A stretch of 64,000 bases of DNA. It comes from an uncultured Holophagales bacterium (GTDB taxonomy: Bacteria; Acidobacteriota; Thermoanaerobaculia; Multivoradales; UBA5704). The stretch spans positions 256,001 through 320,000 of the forward strand of contig CAWJGT010000009.1 in the NCBI GenBank assembly GCA_963842525.1, given 5' to 3'. The notes below the pieces were generated by a model. The model saw nothing but the letters and a program-made list of their open reading frames with translations, did no database searches and was not told the origin of the DNA. A program made the translations under genes and the position numbers. Below, piece after piece: positions 62,065 to 64,000 of the stretch (its first letter is position 1; the number at the start of each line of letters is the position of its first letter).

Positions 62065-62130
62065 TCCGGAAGGGCACTTTTCAGACGTGACAGGGTACTA
62101 GCCGCTTGGAGATAAGTATGAGGAGCGCGG

Positions 62131-62598
62131 CTATACCTTCTCGACCCGCTCGTACTGCGTCATCCTGCCGCCGAGGCTGTGCTGGACGATCCGGATCTTC
62201 TGGTCCATGAGGAGCTTGTCGATGGCGCGCATGAGCGTGGCCCGGCTCGGCGTATAGCCGAGAGCGCGGACCAGATCGCGCTTGTCGAAGACCGCCGGCA
62301 GGCCGGGCAGCGCGTCCGCGAGGCCTTCCATGGCCTCATAATTGGGCCGGCGGACCGGGGGTGGAGGCGGGGCAGGCGGCCGTGCCGCAGCCGGCGGACC
62401 CTTCTTCGGAGCCGCCTCCTGCCGCGGATCGTCCCCTCCGAAGGAGGGGACTGCGGTACCGGTCTCCGCGGCGGCCTCGCGCCGGAGCGCCTCGAGAGCC
62501 CGCAGCTTGGCTTCGTAGCCGGCCCGGACCAGCTCGAGGTCCGCGCGAAGCTGTGCCTCCAGAGCGCGCCGCCGCTGTTCGTACTCTTCGGGTCCCAT
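62131..62598 (-). CDS. Hypothetical protein: N-terminal helix, Pro linker, probable C-terminal winged HTH
   Basis: FDKRDLVRALGYTPSRATLMRAIDKL..KIRIV...GGRMTQY pattern. Confidence 0.6.
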   Translation of the reverse strand: MGPEEYEQRRRALEAQLRADLELVRAGYEAKLRALEALRREAAAETGTAVPSFGGDDPRQEAAPKKGPPAAARPPAPPPPPVRRPNYEAMEGLADALPGLPAVFDKRDLVRALGYTPSRATLMRAIDKLLMDQKIRIVQHSLGGRMTQYERVEKV

Positions 62599-62654
62599 GA
62601 TCCCCGAGAGCCTATCCTCCGACCGCCGCCGCGGACAAGGACCGGAACCGCCGC

Positions 62655-62864
62655 GGCACATGGACAGTTGTACCTGCGGAACGGACGGTCACTGCTGCAG
62701 GTCGGACAGTTCGCTCTGCAGGTCGGACGGTCACTGCCGCAGGTCGGACAGTCTCGGCCGCAGCTCGGACAGTTTCCAATGCAGGTCGGACGGTCACTGC
62801 CGCAGGTCGGACGGTTGCCAGCACAGGTCGGACAGTTCACGGCGCAGGTCGGACAGTCCCTCCT
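62655..62864. repeat. 21-bp tandem array (GCAGGTCGGACRGT-N7), 9 units + 1 degenerate
   Basis: Units start at 62676, 62697, ... 62844. Confidence 0.92.
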
Positions 62865-63045
62865 GAGGCTGCAACCGTCCATCGCTCAGGATGAACCGTC
62901 CGACCCGGAGTGGTGGCGGCGCCAGAACCGGCAGTGACCGTCCACCGCGGACCGGTGGACAGCGCCAGATCAAGGAAGACAGTCCGTCCAAGTCCGGTGG
63001 ACGGCGGGAAACCGGGGCGGTTCCTGTTGGACGTGGTGGGGGCTC

Positions 63046-63158
63046 CTGGGACCGCGGGCGTCTCGCCCGCACAGACTTTCATCGACCGCGGCGTTGCCGC
63101 CAACCCGACGCCGGCCCGAGCGTGAGGAGAGGGCGGGCGAGACGCCCGCGGTCCCAGG
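63046..63158. repeat. REP-like family C inverted pair
   Basis: cctgggaccgcgggcgtctcgcccgc ... gcgggcgagacgcccgcggtcccagg perfect inverted repeat. Confidence 0.85.
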
Positions 63159-63289
63159 GAGAAACTCTCCCACGCAACCCGGATTATGATTCGACACGAC
63201 GACGGATTGCGGGTTGACGGTCCCGCGAGGGGCCGCTAGTCCAGGAAGTTCGGATCTCCGCGACGCGGGGTGTTTCCGCCCCCATTCCT

Positions 63290-63920
63290 TGTCGCAAAGA
63301 TCGCACGGCGTCGCAAACAAGGCCCACGCGGTCGCAAAGAGCCCGAATTCCGTCGCAAAGGCCCTCTCCACGAGAAACCGAGTGTCGCAAAGCGGAGCGC
63401 GGGAGGTCCGCACGTCCCGTGCAACGCATCCAGTGCGACTTTCCCCATATCCAGCGTCTCGCTGGCGTCGCAAACAGCTCTGCTTCAAGGATCGGGAAAG
63501 GCGCGCAGCCGGATGAGTGCGACGCCAAGGACGTCTATTGCGACTCAGCTCTGTCTTTTGCGCCAAAAAGCCTCCTCCGTGCGACGCAGCGCGCCTGCTT
63601 TGCGCCGATAGATCGATCATGTGCGCCCACGGAGGCGTTCCTTATCGCACGGGTTGCACAGGTTGCGACTCTCGATGGGTTCTGGCTGGCGAAAAATGGC
63701 TCCTGCGCGACACCAACTCCGTCTTGCCGACGGCACAGGGCCTCCGGCCAGCAGAGAAGGTCCGTCGAGTCGCAAAGCAGCGATTGATTGCGCCGAGAAC
63801 GGATAACGTGCGACTCTGAATCGATTTCGAGTCGCACTGAATCGATCCAGCGCGACTCTGGATCGATACATTGCGCCGAGGAGCGGCCTGTTGTCGCAAA
63901 AGAGCCATCTTTGCGACTCC
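63290..63920. repeat. Degenerate 21-nt-periodic GTCGCA/TGCGAC tract
   Basis: gtcgca at 63310/63331/63352; tgcg(a/c)c at 63559/63580/63601/63622/63664. Confidence 0.6.
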
Positions 63921-64000
63921 GCTCCCGAGCCGCTCCAGCTACGGCACCGAGGTTGTATTCCTGGTCCGGCGGTTGACCGTCCCCGCGGTAGCGGGGTCGA

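Noticed and set aside
62655-62864. Mini-CRISPR
   Set aside because: 14-nt constant part and 7-nt variable parts that recur (cactgcc)
62970-63976. Multiple short ORFs at the window end
   Set aside because: Arise from periodic repeats; no recognisable motifs or RBS

Overview
High-GC bacterial chromosomal window. Gene content and repeat style suggest an Acidobacteriota (Thermoanaerobaculia-like) genome, which is an inference. It holds a porin-modABC operon, four TA-like modules, a kinase/M16/PLP-enzyme operon, tdh-kbl, a histidine hub (egtD, tRNA-His, hisS, hutH-like), a ~16.5 kb aroDE-his-trp super-operon with many apparent indels (probably assembly errors), and a stress cluster (BON, otsA, topoisomerase IB, yciF, sigma54 activator). 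Main findings: (1) an unannotated 28-aa leader peptide carrying both WAWW and HHH, followed by a full set of alternative hairpins, i.e. a candidate dual Trp/His attenuator for the super-operon; (2) a lower-GC island encoding GAF-GAF histidine kinase + response regulator + SIR2 protein, a candidate new defence system; (3) a Caulobacter-type tRNA-His (G1-U72, A73) next to an alphaproteobacterial-type HisRS; (4) REP-like palindromes translated in frame at his gene junctions; (5) a nested-hairpin non-coding element at 8.7-9.0 kb; (6) an orphan lanthipeptide-like precursor, a 10-Cys secreted peptide and a 62-bp palindromic array; (7) five sigma54-type promoters in front of general-stress genes. All calls come from motif recognition by eye; no searches were run.
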